From Candidatus Woesearchaeota archaeon (lineage in GTDB: Archaea; Nanobdellota; Nanobdellia; SCGC-AAA011-G17; PNOQ01): 64,000 nucleotides of DNA. The stretch is from contig CAZRTL010000004.1 in assembly GCA_964603065.1 (NCBI GenBank), forward strand, positions 9,686 through 73,685, in the 5' to 3' direction. Shown here piece after piece: positions 9,478-19,217 of this stretch (the stretch's first letter is position 1; each line of letters opens with the position of its first letter). The notes under the pieces were generated by a model that made no database searches, was not told where the DNA came from, and was given only the letters and a program-made list of their open reading frames with translations. Position numbers and translations under genes: made by a program.

Positions 9478-10754
9478 AATTCATGCCAATAGAAGAAGCA
9501 TTAAAGAAAAAATCTGGAAAAGTAGCTATTCGGGGTTGGATTTATAGAATAAGGAAAATGAAAGATAAGAGTTTTATTGTTATGAGAGATTCTTCTGATA
9601 TTATTCAGTGTGTTTTGAAAACTCCTAAATTAGTTAAGGATGCTGATGATTTACTTATTGAAAGTTCTTTAGAGTTAGAGGGTACTTTGAATAAAGATAA
9701 GAGATCTCCCGGTGGTTATGAATTAAACATTTCTAAAATGAATATTATTCACAAGGCAGATGATTTCCCAATTGGTAAAGATCAAAGTCCTGAATTTTTA
9801 TTAGATCAAAGACATCTGTACATAAGAAGTAGAAAAATGACTGCAATTATGAAAATTAGAAGTACTGTTACTGGTGCTTTACATGAATATTTTAGAGGTA
9901 AAGATTTTTATGAATTTCAGAGTCCGATTATAATTCCTGGTGGAGCTGAAGAAGGGCCCACTATGTTTGAAATTAAATATTTTGATAGGCAAATGTTTTT
10001 GGCTCAAACTTGGCAATTGTATGCTGAAGCGGCAATGTTTGGTTTGGAGAAAATTTATTGTATTGCTCCTTCTTTCAGAGCGGAAAAGTCAAAAACTAGT
10101 AGACACTTAACTGAATACTGGCATACTGAAATGGAAGTTGCCTGGTGTGATTTAAGTCAACTAATGGATTATGCTGAAGAAATGGTCAAATTTGTTTTGG
10201 GTAAAGTTTTGAAGAAAAATAAAAAAGAGTTAGAACTTTTAGGTAGAGATGTTAAGAAATTAGAGCCTTCTCTAAAGAAAAAGTTTCCAAGAATTACTTA
10301 TGATGAGGCTCTAAAGAAATTGGAAAAAAACGGTATGAAGGTTGCTTGGGGTAAAGACTTGCGTACTTTGGAAGAAGAAAAACTAATGGAACTATATGAT
10401 ACTGTTGTTTTTGTAACTCACTATCCTAAAGAAGCTATGGCTTTTTACAAACCTAAGGACCCAAAAAATCCTAAAGTGTCCTTATGTTTTGATGCTCTAG
10501 GTCCTGAAGGGGTTGGAGAGTTGATTGGTGGAAGTGAGAGAGATACAAATATTAAAGAGTTAGTTGGTTCTTTAGAAAAATTAAATGAAAATATTGAAGA
10601 TTATAAATACTATTTAGATACAAGAAAATATGGTAGTGTCCCTCATGCTGGTTTTGGCTTAGGAACTGAAAGATTAATTAGATGGATATGTGGTTTGGAT
10701 TCAATAAAAGATGCCATAGGTTTTCCAAGAACAATACAGAGAACACAGCCTTAA
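9474..10754 (+). CDS. asnS: asparaginyl-tRNA synthetase
   Basis: Class IIb; N-terminal IRGWIYRIRK...FIVMRDSSDIIQCV; GLGTERL motif 3; ATGA overlap with aspS. Confidence 0.85.
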   Translation: MKFMPIEEALKKKSGKVAIRGWIYRIRKMKDKSFIVMRDSSDIIQCVLKTPKLVKDADDLLIESSLELEGTLNKDKRSPGGYELNISKMNIIHKADDFPIGKDQSPEFLLDQRHLYIRSRKMTAIMKIRSTVTGALHEYFRGKDFYEFQSPIIIPGGAEEGPTMFEIKYFDRQMFLAQTWQLYAEAAMFGLEKIYCIAPSFRAEKSKTSRHLTEYWHTEMEVAWCDLSQLMDYAEEMVKFVLGKVLKKNKKELELLGRDVKKLEPSLKKKFPRITYDEALKKLEKNGMKVAWGKDLRTLEEEKLMELYDTVVFVTHYPKEAMAFYKPKDPKNPKVSLCFDALGPEGVGELIGGSERDTNIKELVGSLEKLNENIEDYKYYLDTRKYGSVPHAGFGLGTERLIRWICGLDSIKDAIGFPRTIQRTQP

Positions 10755-11878
10755 ATTAATTCAAAAATCTGATTTATTATTCCAATTATAAAAACTAATA
10801 TTAATAAAAATCCTATCAAATGTTTTTTTCCTAGTTTGAATTCGGGTTGTCTTTCTCCATATTTTCTTGCACGCCAGAACATTAAAACTATTAAAATTCC
10901 ATCTATCCCTCCAGCAAAAGCTCCAGTTATTCCGATGACTTTAATAAAACTTTTTGCCCCAATTAAAAATATGATTAAAGGTATAAAGACCGTTAGGGCC
11001 CAGGATAAAAAAGGTTTTATTTTATAATCATACATATAAATTTGTTTCATTGCTAATCCAAGAGTTAGAAAAGAAGTGAACATTGCAAAGATAGCAAATA
11101 AATTTCCAAAGATCAAAATGGAGGGTCCTAGTAAGTTTCCTAAGCCAATTGTAGCTACTTCCGTTGTATTAATTCCTGTTGTTCCAACAACTGCAAAGGC
11201 AAATATCAAATAAAATAGTATTGGGATTATTGACCCTATTAAAATAGATTTTTTTAATTGTTTTCTGTCCCTGCAAAGACATTCTTTCATTTCTGGAATT
11301 GCTGCTGCGCCTACAAAGGCAAATAAGATGACTCCATAAGGAATTAAAATATTTTTTAGGTTGAACGTTGCCAGATTAGCTAGGTTAAATTTTCCAGAGA
11401 ATATTGAGAAGATTGAAATTGCTAAGACTAAGATCAAGATTATGGTTGAAAAAACTAATTCATATTTTACTATTGTTTTTAATCCTAAATAAACTAGGAT
11501 TGCTGATATCACAAAAAATATAAGTGAAAATATAAGAGGGGTGAATCCAAAAATTGCTGATAGTGATTCTCCTTCTCCAATCAGATATGCTACTAAAGCT
11601 CCATAAATTCCTGCAAACATGGAGAATAACATTATTCGTTTCCCCCATTTTCCCAAATATTTTTCTGCATATCCTGGAATCTGATGGTTTCCAGGAGTTC
11701 TTAGTATTACTTCTCCAAAAAATAAATTAAGGAATAGTATGGCAGATCCTAAAATTAAAATGGTTAGTAATCCCGTTAGAAAACCTGCCTTTGCTATAAC
11801 ATAGGGGATACCTAGGACGCCTGCACCAATTACAGTACCACATAGAAGCGCTGAAGCCCTGAAAACACCTTTATCCAT
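10751..11878 (-). CDS. polytopic membrane transporter, amino-acid-permease-like
   Basis: About 11 hydrophobic segments, 375 aa, no soluble domain. Confidence 0.45.
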   Translation of the reverse strand: MDKGVFRASALLCGTVIGAGVLGIPYVIAKAGFLTGLLTILILGSAILFLNLFFGEVILRTPGNHQIPGYAEKYLGKWGKRIMLFSMFAGIYGALVAYLIGEGESLSAIFGFTPLIFSLIFFVISAILVYLGLKTIVKYELVFSTIILILVLAISIFSIFSGKFNLANLATFNLKNILIPYGVILFAFVGAAAIPEMKECLCRDRKQLKKSILIGSIIPILFYLIFAFAVVGTTGINTTEVATIGLGNLLGPSILIFGNLFAIFAMFTSFLTLGLAMKQIYMYDYKIKPFLSWALTVFIPLIIFLIGAKSFIKVIGITGAFAGGIDGILIVLMFWRARKYGERQPEFKLGKKHLIGFLLILVFIIGIINQIFELI

Positions 11879-11915
11879 AGTATAACTTTTAGAATTTTTA
11901 TTTAAATAGTTTTTG

Positions 11916-12350
11916 TTAAATTATTTTCAATTTTTTAAACAATCTTTCCCATGCGGGTTCTAATTTTAAATGTTTTATCTCCTCTTGGGTGTACCATTCC
12001 ATAGATTTTGATTCATGGTTCCTTTTTACTTCTCCGGAATATTCTATTTCATATACATACCAATGATGGATATTTATCCCGTAAGAACACTCTCCAAAAT
12101 GATGTATATCTTCGATTAGTAATTTTGAGTTTTTTACATCTAGGTTACATTCTTCCTTAACTTCTCTTGTTAGGGATTGTTCTGGAGTTTCCCCTTTATC
12201 TACATGACCAGCTATGCAAGCGAATCCGAATGGCGGTTTCTTTCTATCCATTAACAAAAATTTGCCATCCTTCTTTATTATGGCTCCAACTGAAAAGTGC
12301 ATATCCCCTTTTTCAGTTTTTTTAATCTCTAATTCTGTCATTTTAACCAT
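11916..12350 (-). CDS. NUDIX hydrolase
   Basis: Nudix box GHVDKGETPEQSLTREVKEECNL. Confidence 0.8.
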   Translation of the reverse strand: MVKMTELEIKKTEKGDMHFSVGAIIKKDGKFLLMDRKKPPFGFACIAGHVDKGETPEQSLTREVKEECNLDVKNSKLLIEDIHHFGECSYGINIHHWYVYEIEYSGEVKRNHESKSMEWYTQEEIKHLKLEPAWERLFKKLKII

Positions 12351-14920
12351 ATCTTTCTAACTTCTAAAACAGCAACACCTACTAAGGAAACTGCTAAGAT
12401 TCTTATCCAGTCCATTAAGGCTAATCCAGTTAGATGGAACAAACCAGAAATTGGAGTGTAAATTAATAGTAAATGTAAAATTACTGATAATAAAACTGCC
12501 CCAATCAAATATTTGTTCGTTAAAAATCCTAGCTGGAATATGTTTTTCTTTTCAGATCTACAGGAAAACGCTAAAAATAATTCAAAAAATATTAATGTTG
12601 TTAATGCAATTGTTCTCGATTTATCTAAGTCTGATGTTGAAAAGTATTCTAAAGAGAATAATCCTAAAACAATTATTGTTGAAATTATAGTGGTTAGAAT
12701 AATAAATCCTCTTGTTCCCGCTAAAATAGTTTCTTTTGGAGATCTAGGTTTTCTTTTCATAATTCCATTTTCGGCTGGGTCCATTCCCAAAGCTAAAGCA
12801 GGTAATCCATCTGTAACTAAATTAATCCATAAAATTTGTAAAGGTAATAAAGGAAGAGGGAATGAAAATAATAAAGAGAAGAATATTACGGAGATCTCCC
12901 CTAAGTTAGCAGATAATAGAAATTTAACGAACTTTTTGATATTATCATAAATAGATCTCCCATATTTTACAGCCTTTACTATGGTTGAAAAATGATCGTC
13001 CATTAGAACCATATCTGAAGCTTCCTTTGAAACATCGGTTCCAGTAATGCCCATTGCAACTCCAACGTTGGCTTTTTTTAGAGCGGGAGCATCGTTAATT
13101 CCATCTCCAGTCATAGCTACAATGTGTTTATCTTGTTGTAGTGCGTGAAGAATTTTTACTTTATGTTCTGGGTTAACTCGGGCAAAGATTGAAGTTTGTT
13201 TTGCTGCGTTTTGTATTGCTTCATCTGACATTCTATCTAGTTGAACTCCAGTTATGACTTCAGATTTAATTCCTATTTGTTCTCCAATAGCTTGAGCTGT
13301 AAGAGCATTGTCTCCAGTTATCATGACTACTCTCATTCCTGCTTTTTTGGCTATTCTTATTGATTTAGCCACAGATTCACGGGGAGGATCTATCATTCCG
13401 ATTAAACCTAAGAAAATTAAATCTTTCATAGAACCATCTTCAGAATATGCAAAGGCCAGAACTCTTAGTGCGGAAGAAGCCATCTGGTTGTTCATTTCTA
13501 TGATTTTTTCTCTATCCTTATCTGTTAGTGGTCTTACTCTTGTTCCTGTGTTTATTTGTTTACACATCTTAAGAACTATTTCTGGAGCACCTTTCACGTG
13601 AGAATTTTTTGTTTTTCCTTTTTCATCTAAAGTGGCCATATATTTTTTAGAAGAATCAAAAGGAATTTCTTCTAGTCTTTTGAAGTCTGTTTTTATTTTT
13701 CCTTTTAGAGAAACTATTTTTAGAGCCAGTTCAGTAGGCATTCCCTGTTTTTCTTTTGGATCTGCATTATTACATAAATAGGCAGTTTCTAAGAGTTTGT
13801 GTATTTTTTGAGGGTTGTAAGGTTGGCCTCTTTCGGTAAATATTCCTGATGATGAATATCCTGAACCTGTAATGCTGATTAAAGAGTTATTTGCATATAT
13901 TGCTTTGGCAGTCATTTCGCCAGAAGTCATTGTTCCGGTTTTATCGGCACATATGACTGTTGTTGAACCTAGTGTTTCGACGGCTCCTAATTTTCTTATT
14001 AAAGCTTTATTTTTTACTAAACGCTTTACTCCTATGGCTAGAGAGATAGTTACTACAGCTGGCAGGCCTTCCGGAATTGCTGCCACAGCTAAACTTATAG
14101 AAGTCATTAAAGATTCAACTAGAGTTAATTTTTTTAGTAATCCAAGTAAGAAAACAACTATAATTACTCCCAAAGTTATGAATCCTAATTTTTTTCCGAA
14201 TTTTCCAAGTTTTCTTTGTAAAGGTGTAGTTTGTTCTTCAATAGTATGTAATGATTCTGCGATTTTTCCAAATTCGGTTTTATTTCCGGTTCCGGTTACA
14301 ATTGCTTTTCCTCTCCCGTAAGCAATTGCAGTTCCGGCAAAAACCATATTTATTTGATCGGCTAAAACTGAATCTTGTTTAATAGGATCTATGAATTTGT
14401 CTTTTGGTACTGATTCTCCAGTTAGAACTGCTTCGTTTACTCTTAGACTTGTAGATTCTATTATTCTGGCATCTGCAGGAATTTTATCTCCAGTTTCAAG
14501 AATTAGTATATCTCCTGGAACTAATTTGTTAGCTTCAATTTGTTTTATATGTCCGTTTCTTAGAACTTTGGCATGTGGAGCTGCCATTTTTTTTAGTAAT
14601 GCTAGGGCTTTTTCGGCTTTGTATTCTTGAGTAAATCCTAGAGCTGCGTTTATTATTACTATTGCAAGAATTACATAAGCGTCTAGAAAATGTTGTATTG
14701 CTAAGGAAATAATTATTGCTGCTAATAATATGTATACTAAAGGATTAATGAATTGTTGAATTAATATTTTTAGAGGTGAAAGCTTTTTTTCGTGTGTTAT
14801 TTCGTTTAAGCCGTATTTTTTTTGTCTTAGATCTACTTTTAGTTGTTTAAGCCCTATTTTTTCATCTACTTGTAATTTTTTTAGAACATCCTCTTTTGAT
14901 AGTTTATAGAACTCTGACAT
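12338..14920 (-). CDS. P-type cation-transporting ATPase (type II, Ca2+/cation)
   Basis: DKTGTMT phosphorylation site, TGES-like, MTGDGINDAPALKKA hinge motif, about 10 TM; 860 aa. Confidence 0.9.
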   Translation of the reverse strand: MSEFYKLSKEDVLKKLQVDEKIGLKQLKVDLRQKKYGLNEITHEKKLSPLKILIQQFINPLVYILLAAIIISLAIQHFLDAYVILAIVIINAALGFTQEYKAEKALALLKKMAAPHAKVLRNGHIKQIEANKLVPGDILILETGDKIPADARIIESTSLRVNEAVLTGESVPKDKFIDPIKQDSVLADQINMVFAGTAIAYGRGKAIVTGTGNKTEFGKIAESLHTIEEQTTPLQRKLGKFGKKLGFITLGVIIVVFLLGLLKKLTLVESLMTSISLAVAAIPEGLPAVVTISLAIGVKRLVKNKALIRKLGAVETLGSTTVICADKTGTMTSGEMTAKAIYANNSLISITGSGYSSSGIFTERGQPYNPQKIHKLLETAYLCNNADPKEKQGMPTELALKIVSLKGKIKTDFKRLEEIPFDSSKKYMATLDEKGKTKNSHVKGAPEIVLKMCKQINTGTRVRPLTDKDREKIIEMNNQMASSALRVLAFAYSEDGSMKDLIFLGLIGMIDPPRESVAKSIRIAKKAGMRVVMITGDNALTAQAIGEQIGIKSEVITGVQLDRMSDEAIQNAAKQTSIFARVNPEHKVKILHALQQDKHIVAMTGDGINDAPALKKANVGVAMGITGTDVSKEASDMVLMDDHFSTIVKAVKYGRSIYDNIKKFVKFLLSANLGEISVIFFSLLFSFPLPLLPLQILWINLVTDGLPALALGMDPAENGIMKRKPRSPKETILAGTRGFIILTTIISTIIVLGLFSLEYFSTSDLDKSRTIALTTLIFFELFLAFSCRSEKKNIFQLGFLTNKYLIGAVLLSVILHLLLIYTPISGLFHLTGLALMDWIRILAVSLVGVAVLEVRKIWLK

Positions 14921-14995
14921 GGTGTGATTTAATTACTATATGTTTAAATTTGTTTTGGTTGAAAGGAGAAGAAAGGGGTTTTATCCCCGTTTCTA

Positions 14996-15187
14996 TTATT
15001 CTTCTAGTCTCCTCTCCGCACCGTCCCTTAGGTAACGGATATCTGCTAGCCATACTTTTCTTTCATATTTGGAGCCAGGCTCGTCTGTATAGGGTTCACT
15101 ATCGGCTTGGCTGATTTTTCTTTCGAGTTTGTCTAGTTCTCTTACAAGTGTTTTTTGGAGTTGTCTTCGTTGATATTCGTCCGTCAT
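14996..15187 (-). CDS. small charged hypothetical protein in a GC-elevated island
   Basis: 63 aa; codon usage GC-richer than its neighbours; directly downstream of the PHPT1-like gene on the same strand. Confidence 0.35.
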   Translation of the reverse strand: MTDEYQRRQLQKTLVRELDKLERKISQADSEPYTDEPGSKYERKVWLADIRYLRDGAERRLEE

Positions 15188-15210
15188 TTTTTATTCCCCT
15201 TTGTTGGTTT

Positions 15211-15561
15211 TTAGTATCCTTTCCCCATTTGTACTAGTACTTCTTTTCCTAGGTCGGATGCATATTCTTTTAGTATCTTTTCTACTGTTTCTTGGTCTGC
15301 TTTGCCGTAGTCTCCGCTGTATCCGTATGCGTGGATTGAATCTTCCGTAACTTTGATTCTTCCTCCGCCCGAAACACTTTCTAGGTGGAATCCTATTGGT
15401 AATTTTCGCGGGTATTGATGTACAATATGCCTATGCCATTCTACTCCTGGCTGACCGACCAAGACCGTTCTTTCGTCTTTTCCATCCGTTACTTCAGCAA
15501 GGACAAACTTATATGTTCCTTCTGCTGGTAGGACCACTTGTTCCAAATCTTTTAGTTCCAT
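15211..15561 (-). CDS. PHPT1/Janus (Ocnus) family phosphohistidine phosphatase homolog
   Basis: Aligns along its whole length with the human 14-kDa phosphohistidine phosphatase: GTYKFVLAEV vs GVFKYVLIRV; VEWHRHI vs AEYHADI (catalytic His); SGGGRIKV...IHAYGYSGDYG vs LGGGRISH...IHVYGYSMAYG; C-terminal GKGY vs NDGY. Strong Shine-Dalgarno GGAGGT upstream. Confidence 0.7.
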   Translation of the reverse strand: MELKDLEQVVLPAEGTYKFVLAEVTDGKDERTVLVGQPGVEWHRHIVHQYPRKLPIGFHLESVSGGGRIKVTEDSIHAYGYSGDYGKADQETVEKILKEYASDLGKEVLVQMGKGY

Positions 15562-15695
15562 TTTCGTTTACCTCCTTCAGTTGCGTCATTGCGTCGTGCT
15601 CAGGTTTTTGAGCATTAAATGTGTAAATAAATATTTGTTGTGGATATTTCTACAACAATAGAAACATTTATAATTAAGAAAAATTTTAGAAAAGT

Positions 15696-16418
15696 ATGCA
15701 ATTTGAAGAGATTAGAGAAACTTTGAAGAAAATAGGATTGGGACATAATGAATCTAAAATATATTTGACTTTGTTGAGATTTGGCCCTAGTATGGCCGGA
15801 AGAATTGCTAAAGAAGCAAATATTGATAGAAGTGCTTGTTATGATTCTTTGAAGGCTTTATTGAAAAAGGGTTTAATTAGTTATGCTATAGAGGCCAATA
15901 GGAAAAAATTTGCCGTTAATGATCCACAGAGATTGAAAGATTATTTGAAAGAGAAAGAAGAGCTTGTTGATGATATATTGCCGAATTTGAGTTCTTGGTT
16001 TTCTAGTAAGGGTGAAAAATCCCAGGTTTTGATGTATAAAGGTTATAAGGGATTGAAATCTGTTTTTGAAGATATTTTAAAAGAGGCTAAAGAAAATTTA
16101 GTTATAGATTCTTCTGGAGCGTTTATGCAGAGGATGCCTTATTATGCTCCACATTTTATTAGAGGTTTAGAAAAGAAGAAAATTAAAGTTAGACATATTG
16201 TTAGAAGGAAAACAAATACTAATCCTAGTAAAACTACTAGCTTAAGATATTTTTCAAGAAATATTAAAGAAACTACAATAACCACTAATATTTACAATAA
16301 TAAAGTTGCTATGATTATATGGTCGGATGTTCCTGAGGCAGTTGTGATAGAAAATAAAGGAGCGGCAGAGGCTTATAGAGATTATTTTGAAATGTTGTGG
16401 AAACAGGCCAAGAAATAA
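15696..16418 (+). CDS. TrmB-family transcriptional regulator
   Basis: N-terminal wHTH LGHNESKIYLTLLRFGPSMAGRIAKEANIDRSACYDSLKALLKKGLI typical of TrmB; 240 aa. Confidence 0.75.
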   Translation: MQFEEIRETLKKIGLGHNESKIYLTLLRFGPSMAGRIAKEANIDRSACYDSLKALLKKGLISYAIEANRKKFAVNDPQRLKDYLKEKEELVDDILPNLSSWFSSKGEKSQVLMYKGYKGLKSVFEDILKEAKENLVIDSSGAFMQRMPYYAPHFIRGLEKKKIKVRHIVRRKTNTNPSKTTSLRYFSRNIKETTITTNIYNNKVAMIIWSDVPEAVVIENKGAAEAYRDYFEMLWKQAKK

Positions 16419-16473
16419 TAAAATAACAAAAGGGTGCGCGAGCCGCGACAAATACTCCAATTCCCGACCCTTT

Positions 16474-16514
16474 ATCTTGTCAGCTTGCCACGCACACGGA
16501 CAGAATTTATAAAT
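16474..16514 (+). promoter_or_regulatory. conserved upstream motif + TATA box, copy 2
   Basis: ATCTTGTCAGCTTGCCACGCACACGGACAGAATTTATAAAT; ATG at 16535. Confidence 0.5.
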
Positions 16515-16534
16515 TAATTTTGTTATATTAAGTT

Positions 16535-17287
16535 ATGAAAATTAATGAAGATCTTGCTGAAGCATTTGGAATTCATGCTGGAGATGGATATTTAAGAGTT
16601 AAAGAAAGAAACAGAGGCGAGATAGATATTAGTGGAAATATTGAAGAAAAAGGATATTATGATGACCACGTAGTTCCTTTGTTTAATAAAATATTTAATT
16701 TAGATATGGGAGGAAGATATTTTTCTAGAGGTACTTATGGGTTTGTTAATTGTCAAAAGGAAGTTAGAAACGTTTTTCTTGAAGCAGGTTTCCCTTCTGG
16801 TAAAAAATCGCAAATTGTAAAAACCCCAGATTGTATTTTGAATAGTGGAGATGAAAAAATATACTCTAAATTTTTAAGGGGATATTTTGATACTGATGGT
16901 TGTTTATATTTTTGTAACAAAAAGGGAGGGGGAAAATATTGTGATTTCAAGAAAAAGTTTCATTATTATCCTCTTTTATCAGTATCTAGTGTATCGAAAA
17001 GATTAATTGAGGATGTGGTGTTTATTCTTAATAGAATTGGATTGCCTCACTATACTTATGATTATCAACCAAAAAATAAAAGAGATAATCATAAATGGGT
17101 TATAACTATTGCTGGAAAAAGTAGACTAGAGAAATGGATGAAATTAATAGGCACTAAAAATCCAGTAAAGCTCAGTAGATATTTAGTTTGGAAAAAGTTT
17201 GGATTTTGTCCTCCACATACTACTTTAAAGCAAAGGGAAGATTTTTTAAATGATAAAGCAGATATCAATTTACTATATTCAGCTTAA
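16535..17287 (+). CDS. free-standing double-motif LAGLIDADG endonuclease-family protein
   Basis: Motif 1 LAEAFGIHAGDGYL, motif 2 FLRGYFDTDGCL; 250 aa. Confidence 0.75.
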   Translation: MKINEDLAEAFGIHAGDGYLRVKERNRGEIDISGNIEEKGYYDDHVVPLFNKIFNLDMGGRYFSRGTYGFVNCQKEVRNVFLEAGFPSGKKSQIVKTPDCILNSGDEKIYSKFLRGYFDTDGCLYFCNKKGGGKYCDFKKKFHYYPLLSVSSVSKRLIEDVVFILNRIGLPHYTYDYQPKNKRDNHKWVITIAGKSRLEKWMKLIGTKNPVKLSRYLVWKKFGFCPPHTTLKQREDFLNDKADINLLYSA

Positions 17288-17354
17288 TGGGAGCCGAATG
17301 GTGGAGTTTAAGTACAAACCAACTGTGAAACCGTATTTCGACATTAGGTTGTTT

Positions 17355-17428
17355 GGGCCTGTAGTTTAATCTGGATAAAATTCTCGGTTTCGGCCCGAAG
17401 GATCCCGGTTCAAATCCGGGCGGGCCCG
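17355..17428 (+). tRNA. tRNA-Arg (anticodon TCG)
   Basis: Acceptor GGGCCTG/CGGGCCC, anticodon stem TCGG/CCGA with loop TTTCGGC, T-arm CCCGG-TTCAAAT-CCGGG, 74 nt, no encoded CCA. Confidence 0.7.
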
Positions 17429-17442
17429 TTTTATTTTGAAAG

Positions 17443-18114
17443 ATGCACGAATTAGTTAGAGCGTATAAGGAGGAATTTAAGAAAAGTTCTGATAGTGAGT
17501 TTGCTAAAGGCGCTCAGAGATATATGAAGAGTGAGATGCCTTATTATGGAATAAGGAGTCCTATAAAGAAAAAAATTGATTCTAGATTAAGAAAGAAATT
17601 TGAATTGAAGAGTTATGACGAATGGTATTCTGTAATAAATGAATTGTGGGATGCTCAGTATAGGGAAGAGAGATATGCTGCCATGACTGTTTTAAGTCAA
17701 TATAAAGAATATCATACTTTGAAAATAATTCCTTTGATTGAACATATTATAGTTACGGGAGCTTGGTGGGATTTTATTGATGGAATTGCTCCTAGAACTG
17801 TTGGAGACTTATTAAAGAAATATCCTAAAGAAATGGAAAAAGTTTTGAGGAGTTGGAATAACTCAGAACATATGTGGCTTAGGAGAGCTTCAATATTAGT
17901 ACAATTAAAATTTAAAGGTGAGACTGATGAAAAACTATTGTATTCATTTATTAAAAATAGGATGCATGAAAAAGAGTTTTTTATTAGAAAGGCTATTGGT
18001 TGGGCATTGAGAGAATATTCTAAGACAAATCCTGAATCTGTTAAGAAATTTATTTCTGAGAATAAAGATAATTTATCAAATTTGAGTATTAGAGAAGGTA
18101 GTAAGTATGTTTAA
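17443..18114 (+). CDS. DNA alkylation repair protein (AlkC/AlkD-like HEAT-repeat glycosylase family)
   Basis: N-terminus MHELVRAYKEEFKKSSDSEFAKGAQRYMKSEMPYYGIRSP is typical of the DNA_alkylation family; 223 aa. Confidence 0.65.
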   Translation: MHELVRAYKEEFKKSSDSEFAKGAQRYMKSEMPYYGIRSPIKKKIDSRLRKKFELKSYDEWYSVINELWDAQYREERYAAMTVLSQYKEYHTLKIIPLIEHIIVTGAWWDFIDGIAPRTVGDLLKKYPKEMEKVLRSWNNSEHMWLRRASILVQLKFKGETDEKLLYSFIKNRMHEKEFFIRKAIGWALREYSKTNPESVKKFISENKDNLSNLSIREGSKYV

Positions 18115-19130
18115 TTAGATAGTCTTTCCTTAGTTTCAAAGTAATTTCTTCTGCTAATGAAATAGTCCATAAAATTCTCTGTTTCAGATGGGAATATCTT
18201 CTTTGGAACTGTTTGTGGTTCTAATTGATCATTAACAGAAACAAAAGTGAATCTGCATATGTTTGAAGTATAAACTGGTTTTCTAGTACTTGGATCTAAT
18301 TTCTCCACTCCTACTTGGACATTCAAAGATTTTTCACCAATATGAGTTACCATTGAAGTAAATTTAACTATATCTCCTAGAGAAAGAGGTTTATTAAAAT
18401 CCACTCTGTCAACACAAACAGGAAGAGGAGCAGTTTTTACATAAGGCATCGCAGTTTGCCAGGCTGACTCATATGCTAATCTTACTACCCTGCCTCCAAA
18501 AACAATATTATGAAGATTCTTGTCTTGGGGGAACATTTGAGGTGTGTTTATTATAGCAGTATCTTCCATTCTTGTAAACTGTTCTGGAGACTTTTGATAA
18601 CTTAGTATTAATCTGGCCATGTGATCTTGTTCTTCTGAAGTCAACTTTTCCTGAAACGGTTTGCACTTTCTTCTTTCTTTTATTGCGGCCATTCTAGCAA
18701 GTGCAGGTTCTAAAATTTCTGGATTAGGATCTTGTAATTTAGGAAGAGATTTTTTTTCTTTTAGGTCATTCGTAAGCCCCACAAAATATAAATATCCTGA
18801 TACTACTTTTTCTCCTTCTCCGGTAAATAACTCGATTTCCGTTTCCATGGAATACTTCCCGACTCCATTAACGGTTGAAATAAAATGTAGATCTTCATTT
18901 CCAGGTATTTGTTTCATTAAATCTAATCTATCCATTGAAACTGTGACTACCCTCATTTCATCTTCGCCAGAAATTTTTAGATATTCTGTAGCATTAGTAC
19001 CACAAAGTAAATCAATATCTTCTAATACTAATCCAAGTCTTAGAAATCCATTTGTATCTACGTATTGTTCTCTTAAAATTTCATCAGTACTAAAGTTTAG
19101 AAGTTTTTCTAGTTTTTTGTGGGTTCCCAT
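18111..19130 (-). CDS. hypothetical protein, possibly double hot-dog acyl-CoA thioesterase-like
   Basis: 339 aa; two internally similar halves; weak resemblance only. Confidence 0.3.
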   Translation of the reverse strand: MGTHKKLEKLLNFSTDEILREQYVDTNGFLRLGLVLEDIDLLCGTNATEYLKISGEDEMRVVTVSMDRLDLMKQIPGNEDLHFISTVNGVGKYSMETEIELFTGEGEKVVSGYLYFVGLTNDLKEKKSLPKLQDPNPEILEPALARMAAIKERRKCKPFQEKLTSEEQDHMARLILSYQKSPEQFTRMEDTAIINTPQMFPQDKNLHNIVFGGRVVRLAYESAWQTAMPYVKTAPLPVCVDRVDFNKPLSLGDIVKFTSMVTHIGEKSLNVQVGVEKLDPSTRKPVYTSNICRFTFVSVNDQLEPQTVPKKIFPSETENFMDYFISRRNYFETKERLSN

Positions 19131-19217
19131 CCTAATTTGAAGATAATAGGTGTTGTTTTAAGCTTTTCGAATGAAGGAAACAAAAAGTTTTAAAAGTTAG
19201 TTTAATTCAATGAGATT

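Noticed and set aside
15570-15600. Tandem TTGCGTCA/TTGCGTCG octamer in the 5' leader of the PHPT1-like gene
   Set aside because: There are only two units and no other copies were seen. This is probably a chance or local duplication.
16425-16470. GC-rich stretch GGGTGCGCGAGCCGCGAC...CCCGACCC after the TrmB gene, considered as a structured ncRNA or terminator
   Set aside because: It has only partial self-complementarity, is too short to assign, and archaeal terminators are T-tracts. It may simply be the sequence flanking the inserted promoter module.
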